NCBI GenBank assembly: GCA_037137755.1
Contig: JBAXJR010000014.1
Location: forward strand, 1 to 53,811
Direction of reading: 5' to 3'
DNA from: Methanomicrobiales archaeon
Lineage (GTDB): Archaea; Halobacteriota; Methanomicrobia; Methanomicrobiales; Methanospirillaceae
DNA length: 53,811 nt
Shown here: in pieces, positions 19,671-29,300 of the stretch
How the letters are laid out: every line of letters begins with the position of its first letter
How positions within the stretch are numbered: the stretch's first letter is position 1
Notes under the pieces: model-generated
Databases searched by the model: none
What the model was told of the DNA's origin: nothing
Seen by the model: the letters and a program-made list of their open reading frames with translations, nothing else
Made by a program: the position numbers and the translations under genes

Positions 19671-19988
19671 CTAACGGTTCCGGCACCGTGTCAGGTTCCA
19701 GCGGACGAATGAGTAGAGGGCTATCACAATGATGGCAATGGATATCACCGAGATTATATAAGCCCCGGGCTCGATTCCACAGGTAATATTTCCGTTCGAC
19801 CGGGCAGCAAGGTCCGCACACCCGGATGGTATTGCAATGAGGAGATACCATACGATGTAAATATTCACCGCAACAACCGCGGTAAGGGCCAGTGATACCG
19901 GGACCAGCCAGTCAGTCTCGCCCCCCCGGGGTGAGACGCCACAGAGGGGCTCCTTCGTGGGATCATCCGTTCTATCGGGATCTGTCAT
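19671..19988 (-). CDS. Small hypothetical two-TM membrane protein
   Basis: Two hydrophobic helices flanking a Cys-containing loop; start at MTDPD inferred. Confidence 0.55.
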   Translation of the reverse strand: MTDPDRTDDPTKEPLCGVSPRGGETDWLVPVSLALTAVVAVNIYIVWYLLIAIPSGCADLAARSNGNITCGIEPGAYIISVISIAIIVIALYSFVRWNLTRCRNR

Positions 19989-20308
19989 CAGGCATATATC
20001 ATCAGGCAAGACGGATAAATATCGTGGGGTCACTTCAGAACATTCAGGGCGGTGATAAACCCGCCGGAGTATCCCCTGTCTGGCAGGACGTGATAGTACA
20101 ATTCCCTGTATCACATTCAAATCACATACCCAGATGTTAAGAAAGGAAAATATCCGATTAAATGAGGTCCACCCCATTCTGGCATTTTATCCTCACTTTA
20201 TTGAAAAAAATCAGGTAATGGAAATGCTTTTTTTTAATCCTGCTATCAGGGCACTAAACGGGAATCAGGTGCGTATTTCAAGTTAAAACGGTTGCAATGC
20301 AAGTAATG

Positions 20309-20316
20309 TTTATATA
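20309..20316 (+). promoter_or_regulatory. TATA box of the micro-ORF
   Basis: TTTATATA in an AT-rich tract ~55 bp upstream of ATG 20368. Confidence 0.6.
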
Positions 20317-20367
20317 GATATAAAATAACAAATTTTAAATATAGAAATAAAAGGAGGTGGACTGACA

Positions 20368-20457
20368 ATGGCTGGGATAGCAAAAAAACCCGAGGCAAAG
20401 AAACCTTCGGCAAAAAAGCCGGAGGCCAAGAAACCTGCCGCGAAAGCCAAAAAATAA
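20368..20457 (+). CDS. 29-aa Lys/Ala/Pro-rich histone-H1-like micro-protein MAGIAKKPEAKKPSAKKPEAKKPAAKAKK
   Basis: Strong RBS AAGGAGGTG 8 nt upstream, TATA box, downstream T-rich terminator; AKKPx repeats with synonymous third-position variation; below the ORF-track cutoff. Confidence 0.8.
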   Translation: MAGIAKKPEAKKPSAKKPEAKKPAAKAKK

Positions 20458-21170
20458 CGAATATTTCATTCTCTCTCTATTTTTTCGTCGCTTTTTTCAG
20501 GTTTTACCGTTGTTATAAGCTGTTTTCCCGGAGATGGTTACATTACGGGCGATGCTGTTTTAACAAAGATTAAGATCATGGCAGAAAAAATGGGGAAGTC
20601 CCGGGAAAGCATGGCGTTATGGATTTTTTATTATTGGCCTGAAGAATCGATCTTTTCAGCGGATCCCGACAGCGGGCTGGATAAGCGGATTAGGGGGGGA
20701 TAACTGCAGTAAATATAAAAAAGGGTTACATAACCCCCAACCGCTCCAACAATAGCCGGGTGATCCCGGGGAGTTGTTATTCCCCTGCCTTGGAATGCTA
20801 CTCCAATAATCCGGCCGGTTTTTACCTATCGACGTAACATGATTTCCTCATGAGAAGGGATCCACTGTGCCTGTGGAACAGGAATTAGCTGTAAGTCAAA
20901 ATGCATCGGTGCACCCCGCTGCAAGCAACGCGGCATGATTCGCACCGCTGCCTTGTGGTATGGTTGGTTGTGATAGTCTATGGGTTCACCCACAGTTACA
21001 TTGCCTTCCTTTTCCCCGCAGTAAGCTGCGGAGTATACGGATAAAATAAAAAACGGCAGATCGTATCTGGTTAGGTATTAAATCTCATAATTATCCACAT
21101 TTCATCTGTCGGAGCACAATAATCTATTTATAATCCTGCCGCACAATTGCACCTTATTATTGGTGAAATT

Positions 21171-21719
21171 ATGTCTGAAACATATTCTTCAAATCCCATG
21201 TTGCCAACGGGTGCTATGCTCCCCTGGTGGCTCGTTCTTATCCAGGGTATTGTTGCCCTTATCCTTGGTTGTTCATTCCTCGCATTCCCATACCAGACAT
21301 TGTTCGTCTTTGTTGTTTTCGTGGGTGCATACTGGTTTATAAGTGGGATTTTCGCATTGATCAGTCTCGCGTACGACAAGAGTAACATGGGCTGGAAGAT
21401 CGTGGTCGGGCTGCTTGGTATCGTCGCAGGTATCCTCATAATGATGTACCCTTATTACAGCACGATCCTGTTACCTGCCATGCTGATCATCATCATCGGC
21501 GTCCTGGGGCTGATCATCGGTGGTATTACCCTTGCTCACGGGATTCGTGGAGGGGGATGGGGTGAGATCATCCTCGGCATCATGGGAATTATCTTCGGCA
21601 TAGTCCTGCTTGCAAAACCGCTCGTCGGCGCCCTTTTGCTTCCATACGTGCTCGGAATATTCGGTGTTATCCTTGGTATTGGTGCGATTGTCGCTGCATT
21701 CATGTGCCGGGGTAAATAA
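21171..21719 (+). CDS. HdeD/DUF308 family membrane protein
   Basis: WWLVLIQGIVALILG...P; six Gly-rich TMs; GGTGA RBS and TATTTATAA promoter upstream. Confidence 0.85.
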   Translation: MSETYSSNPMLPTGAMLPWWLVLIQGIVALILGCSFLAFPYQTLFVFVVFVGAYWFISGIFALISLAYDKSNMGWKIVVGLLGIVAGILIMMYPYYSTILLPAMLIIIIGVLGLIIGGITLAHGIRGGGWGEIILGIMGIIFGIVLLAKPLVGALLLPYVLGIFGVILGIGAIVAAFMCRGK

Positions 21720-21917
21720 CAAGTAACCATTTTTAAGAAAATGGAAAGCCGGACTCATTACGCAGATTCGAACTATCTGTCCGGGCAGATACCACAAAAG
21801 AGGTTCTACCTGATTGTAAGGTGTTCCGGATTAGAGAAGTAGTACTTATACCAATTGAGACATTTTTCGGGTTTTCCAATCGTCCTTTTAAAAATATAAT
21901 CTTTCGTGGTTGCCACG

Positions 21918-22160
21918 CTAGCTGGTAAGCCAGTCCGGGTTTTCAGATAAAAATACTTTTTCTTTCTGCTCCAGCTCTTCCGGGCTCAACGAAGCCGACA
22001 TACAGATACAGAGGTGTTCAATATAACACCCCGATGAAAAATGGCCAGGCCGTTCATTTTTCATACAGGTACCATACATTTGCTTTTCAAAATCGTGATA
22101 TACCTGCTCTTTGCCCTCTTTCCGGGCAATCTCCACTGCTTCCCTCCATGATTCAGCCAT
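21918..22160 (-). CDS. Hypothetical protein, 80 aa
   Basis: Isolated ORF with a GAGGG RBS; four Cys; no recognised family. Confidence 0.7.
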   Translation of the reverse strand: MAESWREAVEIARKEGKEQVYHDFEKQMYGTCMKNERPGHFSSGCYIEHLCICMSASLSPEELEQKEKVFLSENPDWLTS

Positions 22161-22381
22161 GTAATTCCCTCGTATACCTAAATGGGATGTACGGGATAAA
22201 AAAACAGCAGTAACTACCCATCACTATAATTTTTGAAGGGGTTGTTAACAGGGTTCCTGTTTTCCCATTGTTTATACGTAATAATGCCCCGTATCCACGA
22301 GGATAAAACCAAAATATTACAACCTGAAAACATCATACGGATAGTGATTCATCTGATATCGTTAAACCGGGGAGCTGTGAA

Positions 22382-23428
22382 ATGAAACTATCATCCCGGA
22401 GCTGGTTTGCTCTCTCGATCCTTTTCAGCCTGACAGTTATTGTCATCGTATTTATTACAACGTTTAACGAAGAAACGATAAGTTCTATCCTCAATTTCAA
22501 TGTCTTCTTCCTGCTCCTTGCCATCGCATTCCGTCTTTTGGCCCTGTTAATCTGGGGATTACGGATCCAGGTGATGTCGGGGTCACTTGGCTACCGTGTA
22601 CCCCTCCCCCATTGTATAAACATGGTCCTTGCCGGGCTGCTCGCCGGTACTATCACCCCCGGACAAGCGGGCGGAGAGCCGGTGAGGGTACATGAGTTGT
22701 ACAGATCAGGGGTTAAACTGGGGGACGCCGCGGCTGTAGTTATTATGGAAAGGGTCCTGGACGGGGTGATTCTGACCGTCATGGGTATCATTCTCATGAC
22801 CCTGATGACCCGGTTTTTCTGGAACTCCTTCAGCCCGGGATTGTACTTACTGGTTATTATAGCCTGGATTCTGATGATCAGTTTCCTCGTCATTCCGGTT
22901 CTTGCAATCAGGTATCCTGAAATGACAAAGAAAGTACTGATGAAACTGGTAAACTGGCTGGTCCCAAAACTCTCCTGGTGGTCTTCATCACCCCAGACTC
23001 TCATAGAACTGGCAGACAGGGAGATTGATAACCTTTTCATGAGTATGGCCCGGTTTACCGGGAATGCACGAGTGGGCCTGCTTGGAGGTGGGATCACAAC
23101 CGGACTTTTCTGGGTCACGGAATTTCTGGTCGCTTCATTTATTCTGATGGGCCTTGGGCTCGGCCCGGCTGTTGTCGAATCATTTTTCTTCCAGATCCTC
23201 ATCGCGATCATTAATATGGTACCTCTCACCCCGGGATCTTCGGGGATCACCGAGCTCTCAACCACGTCATTGTATGCATTAATCATCCCTACCGGTATGA
23301 TTGGTATTTTTGTCCTGTTATGGCGATCTATCACATTTTATCTCAATATCATTCTCGGCGCCGTGGCGGGCCTCGCCATTTTCAAGAGGGAGATAGATCT
23401 GAGGAACATCGATGAAGGGGACCCATGA
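22382..23428 (+). CDS. Flippase-like / lysylphosphatidylglycerol synthase TM domain protein (UPF0104)
   Basis: ITPGQAGGEP, ERVLD, PLTPGSSGITE, LWRSITFY. Confidence 0.88.
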   Translation: MKLSSRSWFALSILFSLTVIVIVFITTFNEETISSILNFNVFFLLLAIAFRLLALLIWGLRIQVMSGSLGYRVPLPHCINMVLAGLLAGTITPGQAGGEPVRVHELYRSGVKLGDAAAVVIMERVLDGVILTVMGIILMTLMTRFFWNSFSPGLYLLVIIAWILMISFLVIPVLAIRYPEMTKKVLMKLVNWLVPKLSWWSSSPQTLIELADREIDNLFMSMARFTGNARVGLLGGGITTGLFWVTEFLVASFILMGLGLGPAVVESFFFQILIAIINMVPLTPGSSGITELSTTSLYALIIPTGMIGIFVLLWRSITFYLNIILGAVAGLAIFKREIDLRNIDEGDP

Positions 23429-23516
23429 AAAGGTATAAACTGCCGACAGTTACTGATCAGAAAAGAGCTTGTGCATGTGAATCAATACCACCAAAAAAAA
23501 AACGTTGAAATTTTTG

Positions 23517-24347
23517 TTACCTATCTTCCTCGGTTACGCTATAACTTTCAGAAATGCAGGTTATGGTTGATAAACCTCCTTGGTATTGCCATTTATTATT
23601 GGATTTTCCCGAAGGTGCGGGTGATACTGGTAGTACCCCTGGATCTGGTTTCTGATAGACCCGCTGTGTATAGGTAAACCTTTTAGAGACTCCTCCCTTG
23701 AGGACTATCCAGTACCATTCGTAGAGTGTTTTCCAGAATCCGAACTGCTCATATCTCCGGAAATCGAACCCGACTTGTAACCTTCGATTGAATACAACCT
23801 TCCCCTCTTTCCGCATCCGTGTCGCTACTTCCAGATCATCTCCGGCATCCATGATCCTGTACATACCTGCACGTTCAAGGGCATCATGCCGAAAAACGGT
23901 GTTGCAACCGAGTGTGTAGTAATAAAGCCGGGTAGTAGCCCCGAAACGCATGAGGGTATTAAAAAGCAGTACATATCGCCGGTTTTTAGGGGTTCGTTCA
24001 ATCGGTGTAACAGGGCCAAAGGCAAGGACAACGCGCTGGTCCTTAAACGAATGCATGATCTGTTCAACCCAGTCCGGTGCAACTACGCAGTCGGCATCGG
24101 TTGTAGCAACAATATCATACATTGCCCTGGCAAATCCATCGTTCCGTGCGCCAGGAACCCGCTCTGATTCCTGGATAAAAACATGATCTGCGTATTCTGC
24201 CGCGATCTCACGGGTGTTGTCTTTTGAATTTCCATCAACGACAATCAGCTCGTATGAGCTCCGCGGGAGGGTCTGATGAGACAGGGCCTCAAGACACCTC
24301 CGAATCGTTGCACCTTCATTGTAAGCCGGGATAATTATTGATATCAT
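23517..24347 (-). CDS. Glycosyltransferase family 2
   Basis: SIIIPAYNE, VVDGNSKDNT, GARN, TDAD, DDLE, RR motifs. Confidence 0.92.
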   Translation of the reverse strand: MISIIIPAYNEGATIRRCLEALSHQTLPRSSYELIVVDGNSKDNTREIAAEYADHVFIQESERVPGARNDGFARAMYDIVATTDADCVVAPDWVEQIMHSFKDQRVVLAFGPVTPIERTPKNRRYVLLFNTLMRFGATTRLYYYTLGCNTVFRHDALERAGMYRIMDAGDDLEVATRMRKEGKVVFNRRLQVGFDFRRYEQFGFWKTLYEWYWIVLKGGVSKRFTYTQRVYQKPDPGVLPVSPAPSGKSNNKWQYQGGLSTITCISESYSVTEEDR

Positions 24348-24688
24348 GGTCGCCAGGAGAATCACGGGAAGAACCCGGGAGATTATCAGTCCTAAAACTC
24401 TATGAAACTCAATATTTAAGAGATTTTCTAAATAATCCAGAATAAATGCAAAAATGGAAGTCGGATCACCATGCCGTTAAGCGGGGACCGGGGTAGTTGA
24501 GGTGTGTTTCGGAGTCCTGGGCTACAGAGGGGCTGTAATTAAGCAGCTATTTCATTATTGCGTCTTTTAACGCAGATGAACATCCCTTCCGGTATGGGTA
24601 CCAGGCCAGATGCATGGGTAGATCTGGAAAGCCGAACCGCATTCTTATTCAACTCCTCGTCCTATCTCTTCATACTCAGCTGACTGCC

Positions 24689-25750
24689 ATGTCACGACAA
24701 CGTCACAAGCTCTCGAACCGTGCAGGACAGCCCCCGGGAACTCTTCGCGTCAAGGGTGAAACGGGGGACGTTCCGGTTAAGATCACCGTTATAGACTACG
24801 ATGCCGCCCACTTCCAGGAAAAACAGGTACACCAGATAACTGAATGTTTCCCATTCAAGGACACTGACACAGTAACCTGGATCAATGTCGACGGTCTGGG
24901 AAACACGAATGTCATCGAAGAGTTAGGGAAATGCTTTACCATTCACCCGCTCATCCTGGAAGATCTCTTAAATACCGAGCAGCGCCCCAAGATGGAGGAC
25001 CTGGAGACCTACATCTACCTGAACCTGAAGATGCTTTCGTACCTCGAATCAGATATTGAGGTCAAGGTCGAGCACGTCAGCATGATTATCGGGTCGAATT
25101 TCCTGATTTCATTCCAGGAAGATATTGGAGATATCTTTGACCCCGTGCGGGAACGGATCCGGAAAGATGGCAGGATTCGTAAGTTTGGCCCGGATTACCT
25201 TGCGTACGCTCTGATCGACAGTATCGTTGACAATTATTTTGTAGTAATGGAAAAGCTCGAGGGCCGGGTTGAGGACCTGGAGGAAGAACTGGTCATCAAC
25301 CCGACACAGGACTCCCTCCATAAAATCAACCATCTGAAGAAGGATATGATATTTCTCAGGAAATCAGTCTGGCCGCTCCGTGAGGTCATCAATAACCTTG
25401 AAAGGTCAGAATCAGCGCTCATTAAAGAATCTACCACGATCTACCTGCGTGACGTCTATGATCACACGATCCAGGTGATCGATACCCTTGAGACATTCCG
25501 GGACATGGTATCCGGGATGATCGATATCTACCCTTCAGGCCTGAGCTATAAAATGAACGAAATTATGAAGGTGCTCACGCTGATTGCAACAATCTTCATC
25601 CCTCTCACCTTCGTAGTCGGGTTATATGGCATGAACTTCCGGAATATGCCTGAGATTGAATGGGAATATGGCTATTATTCGGTGCTGGTTATCATGGTGA
25701 TAATGGTAACAGTGATGCTTGCCTACTTCCGGAGAAAGAAGTGGATCTGA
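24689..25750 (+). CDS. corA: Magnesium/cobalt transporter CorA
   Basis: IHPLILED, QRPK, MNEIMKVLT, YGMNF, MPE, two C-terminal TMs, KKWI. Confidence 0.96.
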   Translation: MSRQRHKLSNRAGQPPGTLRVKGETGDVPVKITVIDYDAAHFQEKQVHQITECFPFKDTDTVTWINVDGLGNTNVIEELGKCFTIHPLILEDLLNTEQRPKMEDLETYIYLNLKMLSYLESDIEVKVEHVSMIIGSNFLISFQEDIGDIFDPVRERIRKDGRIRKFGPDYLAYALIDSIVDNYFVVMEKLEGRVEDLEEELVINPTQDSLHKINHLKKDMIFLRKSVWPLREVINNLERSESALIKESTTIYLRDVYDHTIQVIDTLETFRDMVSGMIDIYPSGLSYKMNEIMKVLTLIATIFIPLTFVVGLYGMNFRNMPEIEWEYGYYSVLVIMVIMVTVMLAYFRRKKWI

Positions 25751-26008
25751 TAATCAATTGTGTGGGTTCATTACGGTGGGCGTGAGTTTTTGGCCCAACC
25801 CCGGGTAATAGGGGAAGAACAAAATTCCTGTACTTTCTTCATTCCATGGTTTTTACCCACCGCACTCTGACACGTGTCAGTCAACATTGCGAATAGGTTG
25901 GTTTTGTCTGGAATGCCGGTAGTTCGCGATTTTATTGCTGCCAACGTATGCGACGTGAATTGAAGGTTAAAAACAGAATATGCGACAAAATGAGAATCTT
26001 TTAAAAAG

Positions 26009-26080
26009 TGCGCGGACCGGGACTCGAACCCGGGTTTAGGCGTTGGCAACGCCTAGTGATAACCACTACACTATCCGCGC
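26009..26080 (-). tRNA. tRNA-Gly(GCC), no intron, CCA not encoded
   Basis: Reverse complement gcgcgga-ta-gtgtagtggttatcac-t-aggcg-ttGCCaa-cgcct-aaac-ccggg-ttcgagt-cccgg-tccgcgc-a folds to a cloverleaf. Confidence 0.97.
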
Positions 26081-26119
26081 AGTCGGGCCGATTCGTGCTC
26101 TACTAGATGCGTATGCAAA

Positions 26120-26127
26120 TATTATAA
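26120..26127 (-). promoter_or_regulatory. TATA box of the tRNA-Gly gene
   Basis: TTATAATA on the minus strand ~40 bp upstream of the tRNA 5' end. Confidence 0.6.
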
Positions 26128-26345
26128 GCGTATCGGATTTAGAACTGGCAGGGGATCAGGAAATATAATATTACGCGATGGACTCAGGAAGTCATCAGAT
26201 AAAAACAGCAATATTGTGGTTAAATGCGTAAAACGCAAAAATATTTTCAAATGCTACAAAACTTTCCCATGATACCCCATAGATATATATCAGACCTGGA
26301 TAGTAGAGATCACTATACGATTAAAGAATAAGGTGGCCTTATCCC

Positions 26346-29300
26346 ATGAATTTACGGGGTAAAACGTTAATTACTTTAAGCTTGGCTTTTATTATCATCA
26401 TTTTTATACTCCTTATTTTTTCTTCCGGGATTTTCATAAAAAGTTACCAGGATCTCGAAGCCAACCAGGTACGGGAAACGGTCCACCTGGTTAATAAAAA
26501 TGTTGATAATGAAATAACGAATTTAAACGGCATCGTGCGGGACTGGGGACCGTGGGACGAGCTGTATACATATGCAGAAGGAAACAATACCGGTTTTGTC
26601 GCTTTAAATCTCGTTGGAGAGACATATAAAACGCTCAGGCTTAATTTTATCGTAATTACTGATAAAGACGGGAAGATATTGTACGCCCGGGGGTTTAACC
26701 TGGAAACAAATGATTTTACCGCCCCACCCCCCGGATTAATGAACGAACTGGCTAACAAATCCTCTCTGTTCCTGGCAGTTGACGAAAACACGCAATATTC
26801 CGGTTTCCTGAATTCTCCTGAAGTTCCGGTCATTCTTTCCAGCTATCCCGTCATGCATTCAGATTACTCAGGTCCCCCGGCAGGAATTGTATTCATGGGG
26901 AGAAACCTGGACGCGTATGAAATTGACAAGCTGGCCATGAACACGGTCCCTTCCCTCGAAATAATTCCCTTTGACCAGTCTTCTGTTTCTTCAGCAGACA
27001 GCGCGATCCTTCATGCCGCACCAGGATCATCAGTCCTTGTCGTTCCGGACAGCGACCAGACTATTGAAGGTTCAGTTCTGCTCAGGGATGTCTTCGGGAA
27101 CGATGCTCTCATCCTCCGGTTACAGGTACCCCGTGATATATTCCAGCAGGGGAAAAAAAGCCTGCTCGCTTTTATACTGATTCTGGGCCTTGTGGCAATG
27201 ATCATCGGCATTGTGGTCATCCTGATCATTGACCGGTTTGTCCTTGCACGTCTGACCAGGTTAAGCCATGAAGTGGATGAAATTGGAACCCGGGGTGATA
27301 TCTCCTCCCGCGTAACGGTCGAAGGTGATGATGAGATCACACACCTCGCAGATGCGATGAACAAAACTCTTCTAAAACTCGAATCTTCCCAGTCAACACT
27401 TCAGAAGAGCGAAGAACGCTATCGTTCCCTTGTCGAGACTTCCCCTGTAGGTATCATAGTAACCAGACCTGACGGGCTTATTACTTTTTGCAACCCCCGG
27501 ACATCCAGGTTCCTTGGGTACGAATCAGTCAATAACATCATTGGTAAAAATGTGCTTGACCTGATACCCCCTGCCGAACATTGTTACGCATTGCAGTGGA
27601 TGGGGGAGGTAATAGAATCGGGTTCAATATGGAATGTTGAATTTTCCGCACTTAAATCGGATGGAACACCGTTTAAACTGGAAATAAATGCATCTGTTAT
27701 CAGAAACTCCAAGGGTGAGCCGGAATCAATAATTATCGTTACACAGGACGTGACAAAACGCGCTGAGAATGATGCATTAATTAAAAAATCTGAGAATTAT
27801 TACCGCGCAATTTTTGAAAATACAGGCAATGCGACTATCATTGTGAACAAAGCTTCCATAATCACCCGTGCAAATTCAGAATTTGAACGGTTATCAGGTT
27901 TCTCAAGGGATGAAACAGAGAAAAAGAAGAGCTGGATGGAGTTCGTTCACAAAGATGACCTTGAGAAGGTAATAAAATACAACGATTTACGAAAAACAAA
28001 CCCGGAAATTGTTCCAGTTACCTATGAAATTCGACTTGTTCACAAAAACGGTGGTATCCACTACGCGATCAATACCGTGGAAGTAATTCCAGGTACAACA
28101 GATATCGTCGCCTCCCTCCTCGACATTACTGAAAGAAAGGAGATCCACGATGCCCTGGCTGAAAATGAAAATTACCTGAAGGTCCTTCTTTCAACTATAC
28201 AGGTTGGAATCTTTGTTATTGATGCCGGGACGCACGACATTATCGATGCCAACCCTGCGGCTCTCGCCATGATTGGGGTCAACTCAAAAGACCGTGTCCT
28301 GAATAAAAAATGTCATTATTTTGTATGTCCCGCATTGGAGGGACACTGCCCGATTACCGATCTCGGTCTGAACGTGGATAACGCAGAGCGAGAACTGATC
28401 ACCTGCGACGGGAGGGTTATCCACATCATCAAGCACGTTGTCCCGGTCATGCTCGGGGGTAAACGGTGCCTCCTTGAGACGTTCATCGATAACACCGAAC
28501 GTAATAAAATGCAAAGGGCTCTTCAGGAGAGCGAAGAGAAATACCGCAATATTCTCGAACGGATCCAGGATGGATATTACCGAAGCGATGCAGAGGGCAA
28601 CCTTATTCTTGCAAGTCCATCGGTTGCCAGGACGCTTGGGTATGACTCACTGCATGAGATATACGGGAAAAATATCGCAAATTTCATGTACCTGGACCCG
28701 GAGAAGAGAAAAGACTTCCTTAAAACAATTAAAGAGACTGGTAAGGTCACCAATTATGAAGTGGCACTTAAAACACGGGATGGTTCACAGTTAATAGTTT
28801 CAACAAGCAGCCATACGATCTACGATCCTCACGGGAATTATCTGGGCATTGAGGGATTGTGCAGGGATATCACCAGTGTCCGGAAAACCGAGGCAGCCCT
28901 TCGCGAAAGTGAAACAAGGTACAGGGAACTTGTTGAGCTCCTGCCGCAGACTATCTTTGAAACAGATCTCTCGGGACAAGTCGTTTCAACCAACCGTGTC
29001 GGGTTCGATATGTTTGGTTATGAACGCGGGGATATGCACCTGGGGGTTAATGCACTGGACCTCCTTGTAACTGAAGATCGGGAGAGGGCGGCGGGTAATC
29101 TTATGAGAGTTATCATGGGTGAAAATATTGGCGGGATCGAATACACCGTGCAGAAAAAAGACGGGACCAGGTTCCCGGTCATTGTCTATGCATCCCCGGT
29201 TACCCATGATAACAGGATTACCGGGATGATTGGTATCATTGTCGATATCACGGAACGTAAGAAAATTGAGGAGGCACTGAAAAAGAGCGAGGAGAAATAC

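Noticed and set aside
20380-20457. 15-bp tandem DNA repeat or mini-CRISPR
   Set aside because: Units vary mainly at synonymous positions and have no spacers; explained by the peptide repeat
26009-26040. attL/attR duplication of the tRNA 3' end (integrated element)
   Set aside because: No second copy and no integrase seen within the window
25771-26049. 92-aa ORF
   Set aside because: Starts inside tRNA-Gly; spurious
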